The notes beneath the pieces were generated by a model that saw nothing but the letters and a program-made list of their open reading frames with translations, ran no database searches and was not told the DNA's origin. The translations under genes were made by a program, and so were the position numbers. From positions 6,125 to 70,124 of the forward strand of contig WRKR01000007.1 in NCBI GenBank assembly GCA_009782175.1: a stretch of DNA of 64,000 bases, given 5' to 3'. This document shows positions 45,967 through 55,961 of this stretch, one piece after another; within the stretch, counting starts at the first letter, position 1; every line of letters begins with the position of its first letter. This DNA is from Cystobacterineae bacterium (lineage in GTDB: Bacteria; Myxococcota; Myxococcia; Myxococcales; Myxococcaceae).

Positions 45967-48504
45967 CTAGCCTGTGTGAGCCAAAAGCAACCGCATCCCC
46001 CAGCGCTCTTTGAGCACCCTCGCTATTTCTGGGTGATGCTCCAAAGAAGGATCTTCCTGAAGCAATTGAAAAGCCTTCGCTTTGGCTTGAACCAACAACT
46101 CCATATCCCTGGCCAAGTTGGCCACCCGAAGCTCAGGCACCCCGCTTTGCCTTATGCCTAAAAACTCCCCGGGGCCACGCAACTCCAAATCCGCTTGGGC
46201 GACCACAAAACCGTCTTGCGTCTTCTCCATGGTTTTCAAACGCATGGCCGCATCCTTCGACAAACTGCCCCCCACCATCAAAAAACAAAAAGAGTCCAAG
46301 TTGCTCCGCCCTATCCTGCCGCGCAACTGGTGCAACTGGGAGAGGCCAAAACGCTCCGCCGCCTGAATGAACATGAGCGTTGCATTGGGAACATCCACAC
46401 CCACCTCCACAATGCTGGTGGATACCAATACATTTAAATGGCCTCGACGAAATGCCCCCATCACCTCCTCTTTCTCTTGTGGCTTCAACCGCCCGTGCAA
46501 AAGGCCTATGCGCGCACCACGAAGCTCCCTCTCCAGCTTTTGCGCACCTTGTGTGGCGTCAGCCAAATCCATTTTTTCGGATTCTTCCACAAGGGGGAAT
46601 ACCACATAGGCTTGGCGGCCCTTGTCCAACTCCTCTTGAAGTAGCTTAAGGGCCTGGGCATGTTTTCTGGGAAGGAAGACGCGGGTGCTTATGGGTTTTC
46701 GCCCGGGGGGCAAAGCGTCAATGGTAGAAACCTCCAAATCCCCATAGACGGCCATCGCCAAAGTCCTGGGTATGGGCGTCGCTGTCATCACCAATACGTC
46801 CGGCCTCGTGCCTTTGTGAGCGAGGTGGTGTCGTTGAAGCACACCAAAGCGGTGTTGCTCATCCACCACAACCAAACCGAGGCTTTGGAATTTCAAGTCC
46901 GCCTGAAGAAGCGCATGCGTGCCTATTGTTATTGAAATGTCCCCCTTTGAAATGCCCTCCAAAAGGGGGCGTCTCTCAGCTTGCCCCATGCCGCCCGTCA
47001 GCAGGCACATGCGGATTCCAAGGCGCTCTACATAGGGTGCAAAGGTGGCCGCATGTTGTCTGGCCAGCAACTCCGTCGGCGCCATCACAGCCGCCTGGTG
47101 GCCACCTAAGGCACATGTGGCAGAGGCCAGCATGGCCACAGCCGTTTTCCCGGAGCCTACGTCTCCTTGAAGCAGGCGGTTCATCGGCGTCTTTCGCTGC
47201 ATGTCTTTCCATATTTCAGCCACAACGCACTCTTGAGCGGAAGTGAGCACAAAGGGCAAGGCCTGCTCCATCCTCGCCTTCGCTCCTGAGGAAACCTTAA
47301 ACGCAATGCCTTCTTGCCTGGCAATGCCTTGGCGACGCATGGCCAACCCCAACTGCAAAAAAAACAGCTCATCAAACGCCAGGCGCCGGTGCATGGGGGT
47401 TTTCGCCGCATTCAACGCTTCCAGCGTTTCTGTTTCAGCCGGAAAATGCAGTTGCTTCCAGGCCTCCTTCAAATCCATTAAACCCAACTCCGCCTTCAGG
47501 CTTTCTGTCAAAGTCTCTTGTATTTGGGAAATAAAGCCGTGGAGCAACTTGGAAACCAACTCTCGGAGCATGCGTTGCTCGTGCTTCTCAAAGCCGACAT
47601 AAATGGGGACAAAACGGCCAAAATGTATTTGGGAATGCGTGCGCTGCTCAGCGCTTTCAGCCTCAGGGTGCGTCATTTCCCAACCGGCCAATGTGTGGCG
47701 GGCTTGCCCAAATAACAAAAACCACTTCCCCACCTGGTATTTCTCTAAAAGCCAAGGCACCGCATGGAAATGAACTGCACAAAGCTTGCCACTGTCATCC
47801 GCAAAGGAGACACGTGCCCCTCTCCGCTGCCCCCTTCTGCGCATGAGCTCCGCCTGCGTCACCTGTGCCAAAACAACGGCATAATGGTTTGGCTTCAACT
47901 CAGCAATTCTAGAAATGTGCCGCCTGTCTTCATAGGCTTTGGGCACACAAATGAGTATGTCCCCCACCGTATGCTTCTCCTTCCTCTTCAACCCCGCAAG
48001 CAACTTGGGAGAGCATTTCCAGGCCAGGCTTTGCAAGGGCAAATTCCATGGCGCCTCAGGTGGATAAAGGCTTGAATGCAAGGAGGAAGCAGGTGAAGCG
48101 GCCGTCACCTTTGGGGGCTCGGCCTTCTCCACTTCTCTTTGCAGGCTCACTTCTTTTTTTGAGCCAACTGTTTTTTGTAGGTTGCCTTTTTGTGGGTTGC
48201 TCCCTTTTTTCAAAACAGGCCTTGGCATCCCTTCAGGCAAAGCAATGCCGGCCTCAACCAACGCATCCAGCACGCGCAAAAGTGAAGCCTTGCGTTGCTG
48301 TGTGGAAGGCGAGTCTATGCATGCCAATTCCGCTTGCAGCGCATCCAACAAAAAAGCCGGCAAAGCTTCTTGTTTTCCAACTTCTAAAGCAGCTTGGAGC
48401 GGGCCAGCCAAATGGCGGACTGTAGACAAATGAGCGAAGTGGTTGGCGCAGGCATAACGCAAAGGCGCCCAAAGCAGCTGTTGAAATTTTTCACTCGCCT
48501 TCAT
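45967..48504 (-). CDS. recG: ATP-dependent DNA helicase RecG
   Basis: LLQGDVGSGKTAVAMLA (Walker A), VVDEQHRFGV (DEQH box), MTATPIPRTLA, VGVDVPNATLMFIQAAERFGLSQLHQLRGRIGR. Confidence 0.95.
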   Translation of the reverse strand: MKASEKFQQLLWAPLRYACANHFAHLSTVRHLAGPLQAALEVGKQEALPAFLLDALQAELACIDSPSTQQRKASLLRVLDALVEAGIALPEGMPRPVLKKGSNPQKGNLQKTVGSKKEVSLQREVEKAEPPKVTAASPASSLHSSLYPPEAPWNLPLQSLAWKCSPKLLAGLKRKEKHTVGDILICVPKAYEDRRHISRIAELKPNHYAVVLAQVTQAELMRRRGQRRGARVSFADDSGKLCAVHFHAVPWLLEKYQVGKWFLLFGQARHTLAGWEMTHPEAESAEQRTHSQIHFGRFVPIYVGFEKHEQRMLRELVSKLLHGFISQIQETLTESLKAELGLMDLKEAWKQLHFPAETETLEALNAAKTPMHRRLAFDELFFLQLGLAMRRQGIARQEGIAFKVSSGAKARMEQALPFVLTSAQECVVAEIWKDMQRKTPMNRLLQGDVGSGKTAVAMLASATCALGGHQAAVMAPTELLARQHAATFAPYVERLGIRMCLLTGGMGQAERRPLLEGISKGDISITIGTHALLQADLKFQSLGLVVVDEQHRFGVLQRHHLAHKGTRPDVLVMTATPIPRTLAMAVYGDLEVSTIDALPPGRKPISTRVFLPRKHAQALKLLQEELDKGRQAYVVFPLVEESEKMDLADATQGAQKLERELRGARIGLLHGRLKPQEKEEVMGAFRRGHLNVLVSTSIVEVGVDVPNATLMFIQAAERFGLSQLHQLRGRIGRSNLDSFCFLMVGGSLSKDAAMRLKTMEKTQDGFVVAQADLELRGPGEFLGIRQSGVPELRVANLARDMELLVQAKAKAFQLLQEDPSLEHHPEIARVLKERWGMRLLLAHTG

Positions 48505-48982
48505 CCTGAATAACCACAGACAAAATTTGATATTCTCTTATACCGCTCGGGGTGTGGACGCTCACTTCTTCTCCCACCTTCTTCCCTATGAGTTGTTTCC
48601 CAACAGGAGATGAAATGGAAATCCACCGCTTCTTTAAATCTGCTTCTGCTTCACCTACCAAGCGATAGTTTAACTTGCGGTTGTTTTCCAAATCCAAAAG
48701 CTCAACCGTTGTTCCAAAAACAACTCTGTCTTCCAGTTGAATTTGCGAAACATCAATCACCTCAGCATGGGCCAGCACATGGTTGAGCTCCAAAATCCGC
48801 CCCTCTATATGGCTTTGCTTTTCTTTCGCAGCATGGTATTCAGCATTCTCTTTCAAATCTCCATGCGCACGAGCTATTTCAATTTCTCGACTAATCTGCA
48901 AACGCTCAACAGAAATTAACTGCTTTAGCTCGTCCTTAAGCTTTTGTAATCCAGCTGGCGTTATAGGAAAACGTTGAGTCAT
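48491..48982 (-). CDS. greA: Transcription elongation factor GreA
   Basis: ITPAGLQKLKDELKQL...ARAHGDLKENAEYHAAKEKQSHIEGRI...SISSPVGKQLIGKKVGEEV. 14-nt overlap with recG. Confidence 0.95.
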   Translation of the reverse strand: MTQRFPITPAGLQKLKDELKQLISVERLQISREIEIARAHGDLKENAEYHAAKEKQSHIEGRILELNHVLAHAEVIDVSQIQLEDRVVFGTTVELLDLENNRKLNYRLVGEAEADLKKRWISISSPVGKQLIGKKVGEEVSVHTPSGIREYQILSVVIQDEGE

Positions 48983-49034
48983 AAATCCTCCAAGAGTATT
49001 GCAAAAAACAAATAAGCGTTATGAGTCTGTCCAC

Positions 49035-49583
49035 ATGCTTTCTGTAAAAGAGCTAAAAAGCTATGCCCAAATGCTCTCTGCCGAGGAGTTCCTCTTGCAG
49101 TTGGGGCCTTTTGCTCTCATCCAAAAGCCCGGTGAAATACACGCTGCTTGGCACACAGAAAAAATGGGACTGCCCAATAACATTGCCATGACACATATGG
49201 TGGCCCCAGAAACAGTTTCAACAGCAGCACTCAGCCTGCTCTTTCAATTCGAGGAACTTGTAGTCGCAACTTTGCCACCATTGCAAGGTTCAGATATGCT
49301 TTATATCGGCCGTCAACCGGATTGTGAGTTGGTTTTGGATCACCCTTCCGTTTCCAAGCGGCATGCGCTGCTTCGTTGGAATGCGGCTTTTGGACGCAGC
49401 ACGCTGACGGATTTGGGCTCAACCAATGGAACTCTGCTGAATGCAAGCACACGCCTTCGGCGTGAAACCATTTTGAAGGATGGTGATATTATCTCTTTCG
49501 GTGAAGTGCAATTTTGGTATCTACTCTCTTCAACTTTGCACCAAAAACTGGCAGAGGCCCCCATGCACCTTCATGGGGACTAA
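49035..49583 (+). CDS. FHA-domain protein
   Basis: LYIGRQPDCELVLDHPSVSKRHALLRWN...LTDLGSTNGTLLNASTRLRRETILKDGDIISFGEVQFWY. The first in-frame ATG is at 49035, versus the track's TTG at 48999. Confidence 0.8.
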   Translation: MLSVKELKSYAQMLSAEEFLLQLGPFALIQKPGEIHAAWHTEKMGLPNNIAMTHMVAPETVSTAALSLLFQFEELVVATLPPLQGSDMLYIGRQPDCELVLDHPSVSKRHALLRWNAAFGRSTLTDLGSTNGTLLNASTRLRRETILKDGDIISFGEVQFWYLLSSTLHQKLAEAPMHLHGD

Positions 49584-49630
49584 ACAACTTCAAAGGACAA
49601 GACATTGTCCTGTTTTTTGTGGAGGGATGG

Positions 49631-50155
49631 ATGTTTTTTCAATCAATGCTTGTCTTCTTTTGTTTGGCCCATGGGCATTCCCATGAAGCGTTTTCTCCCC
49701 AAACCAAAGCGCTTTATGAGGACTTTGCCTCCTCTTCCGCTGCTCTCTTGCAAAAAAACATAAAGCCTCCTTCCGGAGAAAACCAACGCTCTGGAGCTGC
49801 TCTTGTCTCCCGTCGGTTTTTGACACAGCTCCTTCGAAATGACTGGGATGAAATTCTCAGCCTGGCTGCTTTCCCTTTCTGGCTTGAATCCAAAACCTAT
49901 TCTTTCCCCATCGCCTTGCGTGTAGCTTGGGAAAAACAATTGTCCCAAAAACGCTTGGCCAACTATGAAATACGAGGAATAGAAGTGTTCTCTTTTGAGC
50001 AAATGAAAGAGCGTTTTGGACCCCCACCTGAACGGCTTAAACAACTCCTCTCAAACCGCAGAAACCACTGGTTTGCCGTTGCCAACATCTCTGGAAAAGC
50101 CGCCATATTGGTGCTTCAACCATCCACGCTCAAGGTTGTTGCCTTTCATGACTAG
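49631..50155 (+). CDS. Hypothetical secreted protein
   Basis: ATG 49631 lies 5 nt after GGAGG and gives the signal-like MFFQSMLVFFCLAHGHS. No recognisable domain. The TAG stop lies inside the CTAG that borders the IS. Confidence 0.5.
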   Translation: MFFQSMLVFFCLAHGHSHEAFSPQTKALYEDFASSSAALLQKNIKPPSGENQRSGAALVSRRFLTQLLRNDWDEILSLAAFPFWLESKTYSFPIALRVAWEKQLSQKRLANYEIRGIEVFSFEQMKERFGPPPERLKQLLSNRRNHWFAVANISGKAAILVLQPSTLKVVAFHD

Positions 50156-50989
50156 AGCGTGTCGTCAATAAATCCTGACAAAGAGGCAGATTTTTTATAG
50201 CATGAAGGAATGAACAAAGAGACGCACCGTCGGCATGACATAAGTGATAGGATTTGGGAGGTTTTAGAGCCGCGTTTGCTTGGACGGAAGGGGACGCATG
50301 GTGGGAATGCGCGCGACAACCGCCAATTTATTAACGCAGTGTTTTGGATTTTTCGGACGGGGGCGCCGTGGAGGGATTTGCCGCAGGACTATGGTGACTG
50401 GAAGAATACGCACCGTCGTTTTTGCCGGTGGCGAGATAAGGGTGTCTGGGAAACCCTGCTGGAGTCGCTGATAAATGAGCCTGATTTCGAATGGTTAATG
50501 ATTGATGCCAGCCACGTCAAAGTCCACCCGCACGCAGCCGGAGCACGCGGCGGCAACCAAGGCATGGGCCGTACAAAAGGGGGCTCAACACAAAGCTACA
50601 CCTGGCCGTGGATGCGCATGGTATGCCGCTCAGAATATTTGTTACGGATGGTGCCACACATGACTGTACGCAAGCTGTTAAACTTATTGAAGGAATAAAC
50701 GCAGGCGGGTTGATTGCAGACAAGGCCTATGACGCAGAGTATGTGCTTCATGCGGCAAGGGAAGCGGGCATGCAACTCGTCATTCCTCCCAGAAAACACC
50801 GAAAAGAGCAGCGACACCTTGACAAACAACTCTATTCCCTTCGACATTTTGTCGAAAACACTTTCCTTCGACTCAAAGAATGGCGCGGCATTGCCACACG
50901 CTATGTAAAAAATACCGCCTCCTTCCTCGCTGCACTCCATGTCAGGTGCATTGCTATGTGGACTAAAATTTATTGACGACACGCTCTAG
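50152..50989 (+). mobile_element. IS5-family insertion sequence (IS427/IS1031-like size class), apparently intact
   Basis: Perfect terminal inverted repeats: 50152-50173 ctagagcgtgtcgtcaataaat equals the reverse complement of 50968-50989. It is flanked by palindromic CTAG, so the target duplication is either TA or CTAG. It carries a two-frame DDE transposase. Confidence 0.9.
50210..50976 (+). CDS. IS5-family transposase, orfA/orfB joined by a -1 frameshift
   Basis: orfA (from 50210): ISDRIWEVLEPRLLGRKGTHGG...RQFINAVFWIFRTGAPWRDLPQDYGDWKNTHRRFCRWRDKGVW (DUF4096-type). orfB frame: LNTKLHLAVDAHGMPLRIFVTDGATHD...LIADKAYDAEY...ENTFLRLKEWRGIATRY (DDE). The frames switch at acAAAAGGGGGctc, around 50573-50581. 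Confidence 0.85.
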
Positions 50990-51054
50990 AGCGGTTTCCA
51001 GCAGAGCTCTTCAACCTAAAACGGCCCTAAGGCAAAGCTGAAAACCGCTCTCGC
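50986..51054. repeat. MITE-like palindromic element, copy A
   Basis: AGAGCGGTTTCCAGC ...37 nt... GCTGAAAACCGCTCT, an imperfect 15-nt inverted repeat. Its ends resemble copy B at 62989 and the half-site at 40054. The right arm lies inside the last codons of coaD. Confidence 0.55.
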
Positions 51055-51515
51055 AGTTTGGCGGCGACGTTGGGGGGAACCAGGCCGTCCACATTGCCAC
51101 CAAAGGCGGCAACCTCGCGCACAGACTGAGAAGAAATATAGAAGCTTTCCTGGCTCGTGATCATAAACACCGTTTCAATGTGCGGCACCAGGTGACAATT
51201 CATATGAGCCAGTTGGAATTCAAATTCAAAATCGCTCACAGCCCGAAGGCCGCGCAGGACAACGCCGACGTCGCGGCTTTTCGCATAGTCCACAAGCAAA
51301 CCTTCGAAGGCCACCACTTCCACACCTTCTTGAGTACAGGCTTCGCGGATCAGCTCAAGGCGCTCTTCCACGGTGAAGAGAGGGGTTTTCTTCACGTTGA
51401 TGGCAACCGCAACAATCAACTTGTCAAAAACTTTCAAAGCCCGCTGAACCAAGGAGAGGTGGCCACAAGTGAAAGGATCAAAGCTTCCAGGATAAAGGGC
51501 AATTCGAGGGTGCAT
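51027..51515 (-). CDS. coaD: Phosphopantetheine adenylyltransferase
   Basis: [22 protein letters not shown]...[22 protein letters not shown]...[16 protein letters not shown]. Confidence 0.95.
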   Translation of the reverse strand: MHPRIALYPGSFDPFTCGHLSLVQRALKVFDKLIVAVAINVKKTPLFTVEERLELIREACTQEGVEVVAFEGLLVDYAKSRDVGVVLRGLRAVSDFEFEFQLAHMNCHLVPHIETVFMITSQESFYISSQSVREVAAFGGNVDGLVPPNVAAKLRERFSALP

Positions 51516-51545
51516 AGGGATATAAAAAAAAGCTCCTCTAGGGGG

Positions 51546-52103
51546 TTAGCTTGCGGAATGCAATAAAATTGAAACAACCGTGTCGCCAAATTTCATCTCT
51601 TTTTGCAAAGAAAAAGCCTTCGGCAAGGCAGGCAAAATGCAGCGTTTGCTCCTCTCCAATATCATTTTGCCTCCTGGGGATAAGACTTCTTCTTCCAATA
51701 TTTTAAGCCACAACTCCTCCCAGTTTCGGAATGCATAGGGTGGATCCGCAAACACCCACTCAAAACTTTTGCCTTCCATTTTGCAGCGCGACAAAGCCAA
51801 AAAAGCATCCATGTGCCAAATTTCTGACTGAGCCTTAAACCCTAAGTTTGAAACGTTTTGCTTGCACAAGCGAACCGACTCCACACTGTTGTCCACCAAC
51901 AATGCAAAATGGGCCCCGCGGCTTAGGGCCTCCAAGGCCAGTGCTCCTGTGCCTGAAAATAAGTCCATAACCCTCAGGCCATGACAACGCTGGCCCAGCG
52001 CATTAAAAATGCTTTCCCGCGCACGATCCACCGTTGGGCGTATACCTTTTGCGCCGCCTCCCAACAAACGTCGAGTTCTGTGAGTCCCTGCAACAATTCG
52101 CAT
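51546..52103 (-). CDS. rsmD: 16S rRNA (guanine966-N2)-methyltransferase RsmD
   Basis: Internal ATG 52103: MRIVAGTHRTRRLLGGGAKGIRPTVDRARESIFNAL...DLFSGTGALALEALSRGA...VFADPPY. The longer track ORF extends to 52271. Confidence 0.85.
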   Translation of the reverse strand: MRIVAGTHRTRRLLGGGAKGIRPTVDRARESIFNALGQRCHGLRVMDLFSGTGALALEALSRGAHFALLVDNSVESVRLCKQNVSNLGFKAQSEIWHMDAFLALSRCKMEGKSFEWVFADPPYAFRNWEELWLKILEEEVLSPGGKMILERSKRCILPALPKAFSLQKEMKFGDTVVSILLHSAS

Positions 52104-52207
52104 TGAAATGTTTTTAGGACAAACTTGAATGCTTTTGAAGCCAACTTGAGAAAAATTTTTGAGGCTATTGCAAATAGCCTCCTTGGCGACTAAGCCTCGC
52201 CCACCTG

Positions 52208-54040
52208 ATGATCTCCAGAGAATATATTCGCAATGTCGCCATTGTGGCCCATGTGGACCATGGCAAGACAACCCTCGTTGACCATATGCTTCGCCAAGCA
52301 GGTGTTTTTAGAAGCAACGAAACCCTCGTGGAACGCGTTATGGACTCGGGGGATTTGGAGCGAGAGAAGGGCATTACTATTCTCGCCAAAAATACTTCCA
52401 TCTCCTATAATAACCACCTCATTAATATTGTCGATACGCCCGGACACGCGGACTTTGGCGGGGAAGTGGAGCGCAGCCTGCGCCTTGTCGACGGCGTGTT
52501 GTTGCTGGTGGATGCCGCCGAAGGGCCTTTGCCCCAAACACGCTTCGTCTTGCAAAAAGCTCTGGAGCTCAAACTCAAGACGGTGCTCGTCATCAACAAA
52601 ATAGACCGCGCGGACGCCCGACCTCAAGAAGTCCTCGACGCCATATATTCGCTCTATATTGACTTGGGCGCCAACGACGAGCAAATTGAGTTTCCTGTCC
52701 TCTATGCCATCTCCAGGCAAGGCATTGCCTTAAACAACCTCGCCGACGAAAAGAAAAACCTTTCTCCTCTGTTTGAGGCCATTTTAAAAAACATCCCCCC
52801 GCCCAATGTTTCGGATGACACGGAGCTTTCACAAATGCTCGTCACCAACTTGGACTATGACGACTATGTCGGAAGACTTGCCGTCGGCCGCATCCACTCA
52901 GGCCGCTTCCATGTCAACAAACCCCTCTGCGTCATGCGCGCGGATGGCACTCAACAACAGGGGAAAATTTCTAAGGTTTATGGTTTTTCAGGGCTCAAAC
53001 GCGCAGAGTTGGAAGACGCGGGGCCCGGTGAAATTGTCTGCATTGCTGGCATGGATGCCATTTCTATTGGAGATACACTCAGCTCCCCGGACAACCCTGT
53101 TGCACTCCCCCGCATTCATGTAGATGAGCCCAGCATGAAAATGGTGTTTCGCGTCAGTGACAGCCCTTTTGCCGGACGCGAAGGGAAATATGTCACCTCG
53201 CGAAACCTGCGGGAGCGCCTCTATCGCGAAGCCTATAAAAATGTCGCCGTGCGCGTCGAAGACAGTGACAGCCCGGATGCTTTCATCGTCTATGGCCGGG
53301 GTGAGCTGCAATTTTCTGTCATTTTGGAAACCATGCGGCGTGAAGGTTATGAGTTGATGGCCTCAAACCCGGAGCCTGTTCTGCGCGAAGTAGAGGGGAA
53401 AATATGGGAGCCCATGGAGCTCGTCTTTTGCGATATTCCTGAATCCAGCGTGGGCGCTGTCACGGAACGTCTGGGCCTTAGAAAAGGGCAGCTGGTTGGT
53501 ATGCAACCTCAAGGCAGCGACAGAACACGTGTGCAATACCGCATCCCCTCTCGTGGGTTGGTTGGCTTCAGGAGTGAGTTCCTCAGCATCAGCCGAGGAG
53601 AAGGCATTCTGTCGAGCCAATCCGATGGCTATGAGCCTTGGGTGGGTGCCATTCCCAGGCGACAAAACGGGGCCATTGTTTCTGACAGGCTGGGCAAAAC
53701 CGTCCCTTATGCCCTGTTTTCCATTCAGGACAGAGGGCAGCTGTTTGTAGGCCCCGGCATGGACGTCTATGAAGGAATGGTTATTGGCGAGCATGTGCAC
53801 GCCACAGAGCTCAACGTCAACCCTTGCCGGGAAAAAAAGCTCACCAACATTCGTGCCGCAGGAAGAGATGAAAACGTCATTCTGACGCCGCCACGAGAAA
53901 TGACACTTGAGAAAATCCTCGAGTGGATTTCAGAAGATGAGCTGGTGGAAATAACACCCAAAACCTTGAGGATCCGCAAGCGCCTCCTGGAGATCAACAC
54001 GCGCCACCGCGCAGAACGCGACAGACTTAAACTTCAATAA
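52208..54040 (+). CDS. typA: Translational GTPase TypA/BipA
   Basis: [19 protein letters not shown] (G1), [14 protein letters not shown] (G3), VINKIDR (G4). EF-G-like domains follow, ending with the C-terminal ...LRIRKRLL. Confidence 0.95.
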   Translation: MISREYIRNVAIVAHVDHGKTTLVDHMLRQAGVFRSNETLVERVMDSGDLEREKGITILAKNTSISYNNHLINIVDTPGHADFGGEVERSLRLVDGVLLLVDAAEGPLPQTRFVLQKALELKLKTVLVINKIDRADARPQEVLDAIYSLYIDLGANDEQIEFPVLYAISRQGIALNNLADEKKNLSPLFEAILKNIPPPNVSDDTELSQMLVTNLDYDDYVGRLAVGRIHSGRFHVNKPLCVMRADGTQQQGKISKVYGFSGLKRAELEDAGPGEIVCIAGMDAISIGDTLSSPDNPVALPRIHVDEPSMKMVFRVSDSPFAGREGKYVTSRNLRERLYREAYKNVAVRVEDSDSPDAFIVYGRGELQFSVILETMRREGYELMASNPEPVLREVEGKIWEPMELVFCDIPESSVGAVTERLGLRKGQLVGMQPQGSDRTRVQYRIPSRGLVGFRSEFLSISRGEGILSSQSDGYEPWVGAIPRRQNGAIVSDRLGKTVPYALFSIQDRGQLFVGPGMDVYEGMVIGEHVHATELNVNPCREKKLTNIRAAGRDENVILTPPREMTLEKILEWISEDELVEITPKTLRIRKRLLEINTRHRAERDRLKLQ

Positions 54041-54072
54041 GTTTCAACAACCATAACAGCCCCGCCAGCACA

Positions 54073-54177
54073 AAAACACAGGTTGGCATAAAAACACAGG
54101 TTGGTGTGAAAACACAGGTTGGCATAAAAACACAGGTTGGTGTGAAAACACAGGTTGACGCGAAAACACATGGATGG
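54073..54177. repeat. Tandem repeat of 18 bp, 6 copies (AAAACACAGGTTGG + CATA or TGTG, alternating)
   Basis: Core copies start at 54073, 54091, 54109, 54127, 54145 and 54163 (the last degenerate). The array lies between the convergent stops of typA (54040) and the esterase gene (54219). Confidence 0.95.
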
Positions 54178-54218
54178 TCGACCCTCTGGATATTATACCC
54201 AGAAAACCATTTGAGGCT

Positions 54219-55226
54219 TTATGACGCCTGCATCCTGGGGAGAATATAGCGAAGTGAGGTTTCAAAGCGATAGTTAATCCCCATGTGGCCATCGCTGAAT
54301 TCTTCAAAGTGGTGGGGTACCCCTTGCTCCTTCAACACATGGGCAAGCTGCCTGGCCCCCCAAATGAGATGAAACTCATCTCGGGTTCCACAATCAAAAA
54401 AAATGCTTTTTAACTTTTTGAGAGGCTCTGTTTTCAAAGGGACAAAACGCGTTGGATCCTTCTCTATCCAACGCTGCCAAATATCCCAGCGCATGGCCCC
54501 TGTGTTGAAGTCCATGGGCAATTCCAAATTTAACGGCATGCCCAGGCAAGGAGAATAGCTGGCGGCCATGGCCAAAATATTCACAACTGCAAAATCCGTC
54601 GAGCTCATTTTCGTAGCCCAGGCGCGCTGCTTAAACTCCTCAAACCAAGGCAATGCCCCGCCACTTTGACGCAAGGGTTCCGCCGCCTTCGGCAAGTCCC
54701 CCAAATAACAATATTCAAAACCCGCATCTGCTGAATGCGCTGCAATATGTCCAAACACCTCAGGGCAATGGCAGGCCACCACCCAAGCGGCATAGCCGCC
54801 AGAGCTTTTCCCAAACAGCGCACGCATGGAGGGCGACCGGTGCACCCGGAAGTTTTTTTCAACAAAGTCCACCACGTCTTGTGTCACATAATTGAGGTAA
54901 TTCCCCTGAGCCACGCTGTTGAGCCACTGGCCTCCTCCCAGAGCAGTCCACCCGTCTATAAAAATGCAAAGGCATTCGGGAAGCTGCCCTGAGGAAATAA
55001 GAAAATCCACGCGCTCAACAACATTGGGGCAAAATGCCGACACATTCAACCACTGCAAGGCAGAGCCTGCATAGCCATGCAAAAAATAGGCGGTGGGCAA
55101 CAGTGCTTCACGCTCTTCATAGCCCGGAGGTACATAGATGAGGAGCTCCCTTGTGCTTAAGTCCCCCAGGGGGTTTTTGCGCAGCGCCGGTGCATCCAGC
55201 AAGGGGCGAATGACGCAGCCTTTCAT
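54219..55226 (-). CDS. Putative esterase (esterase D / enterochelin-esterase-like alpha/beta hydrolase)
   Basis: YFLHGYAGSALQW...LFGKSSGGYAAWV (GxSxG)...IAAHSADAGFEY. ATG 55226 forms an ATGA overlap with the udg stop. Confidence 0.7.
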   Translation of the reverse strand: MKGCVIRPLLDAPALRKNPLGDLSTRELLIYVPPGYEEREALLPTAYFLHGYAGSALQWLNVSAFCPNVVERVDFLISSGQLPECLCIFIDGWTALGGGQWLNSVAQGNYLNYVTQDVVDFVEKNFRVHRSPSMRALFGKSSGGYAAWVVACHCPEVFGHIAAHSADAGFEYCYLGDLPKAAEPLRQSGGALPWFEEFKQRAWATKMSSTDFAVVNILAMAASYSPCLGMPLNLELPMDFNTGAMRWDIWQRWIEKDPTRFVPLKTEPLKKLKSIFFDCGTRDEFHLIWGARQLAHVLKEQGVPHHFEEFSDGHMGINYRFETSLRYILPRMQAS

Positions 55227-55954
55227 TTCAGAGGTTTTCCAAGTCGCTGCATGACACTTTGTAGATCCAACCATGCGTTTTTTTTCTCCACAGGGTTTCT
55301 CAATAAATAGGCGGGGTGATAGGTCGGCATGAGGGGGATGCCCTCATATTCTCTCCAACGTCCACGCAACTTGGTAATGGGGGTGGACTCCGATAACAAA
55401 GTGTGCACAGCAAACTTGCCCAGGGCGACGAGCACCTTGGGCCGAATGGAGGCCAGCTGCGCTCTCAGGAAAGGCCGGCATGCTTCAATTTCATCCGGCT
55501 CGGGGTTTCGGTTGTCGGGCGGACGGCATTTGACAACATTGCAAATATACACCTCGTCGCGTGAAAAGTGCATGGCCTCAATCATTTTGGTCAGCAACTG
55601 CCCTGCCCTGCCCACAAATGGAATGCCTTGCGCGTCCTCGTCCGCCCCGGGGCCCTCCCCTACAAAAACCAACTCCGCCTTGGGGTTTCCTGCGCCAAAC
55701 ACTATTTGCCTGCGGTGTCTGCACAACTTGCATAGCCGACAGTCCCCCATGTGGGCGCGTATTTCTTCAAGAGGCACATGCGCAGAGCTCTGTGCAGAAA
55801 GGCTTTGTGCAGAAGGGCTCTGTGCGGAAGGGCTTTTTTCAGAAGGCCCACTGCCTGCTTCTTTGAAGAGAGGTTTTGGTGCAGGGGACTGCAACAGCGC
55901 TTGAGTGCCTTCGGAACGGTGCCACAGCAAATAACGGCATAACTCCTTGGCCAT
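55223..55954 (-). CDS. Family-4 uracil-DNA glycosylase
   Basis: CRLCKLCRHRRQIVFGAGNPKAELVFVGEGPGADEDAQGIPFVGRAGQLL...YICNVVKCRPPDNRNP...HPAYLLRNP. The start is either ATG 55954 (just past the coaBC stop) or 56008. Confidence 0.85.
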   Translation of the reverse strand: MAKELCRYLLWHRSEGTQALLQSPAPKPLFKEAGSGPSEKSPSAQSPSAQSLSAQSSAHVPLEEIRAHMGDCRLCKLCRHRRQIVFGAGNPKAELVFVGEGPGADEDAQGIPFVGRAGQLLTKMIEAMHFSRDEVYICNVVKCRPPDNRNPEPDEIEACRPFLRAQLASIRPKVLVALGKFAVHTLLSESTPITKLRGRWREYEGIPLMPTYHPAYLLRNPVEKKNAWLDLQSVMQRLGKPLK

Positions 55955-55961
55955 GTCTGCT

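Noticed and set aside
54044-54307. An 87-aa minus-strand ORF (…QPVFSHQPVFLCQPVFSHQPVFLC…), and the idea that the 18-bp repeats form a CRISPR array.
   Set aside because: The peptide merely translates the tandem array. The repeats are contiguous with no unique spacers, the units are too short, and no cas genes are present.
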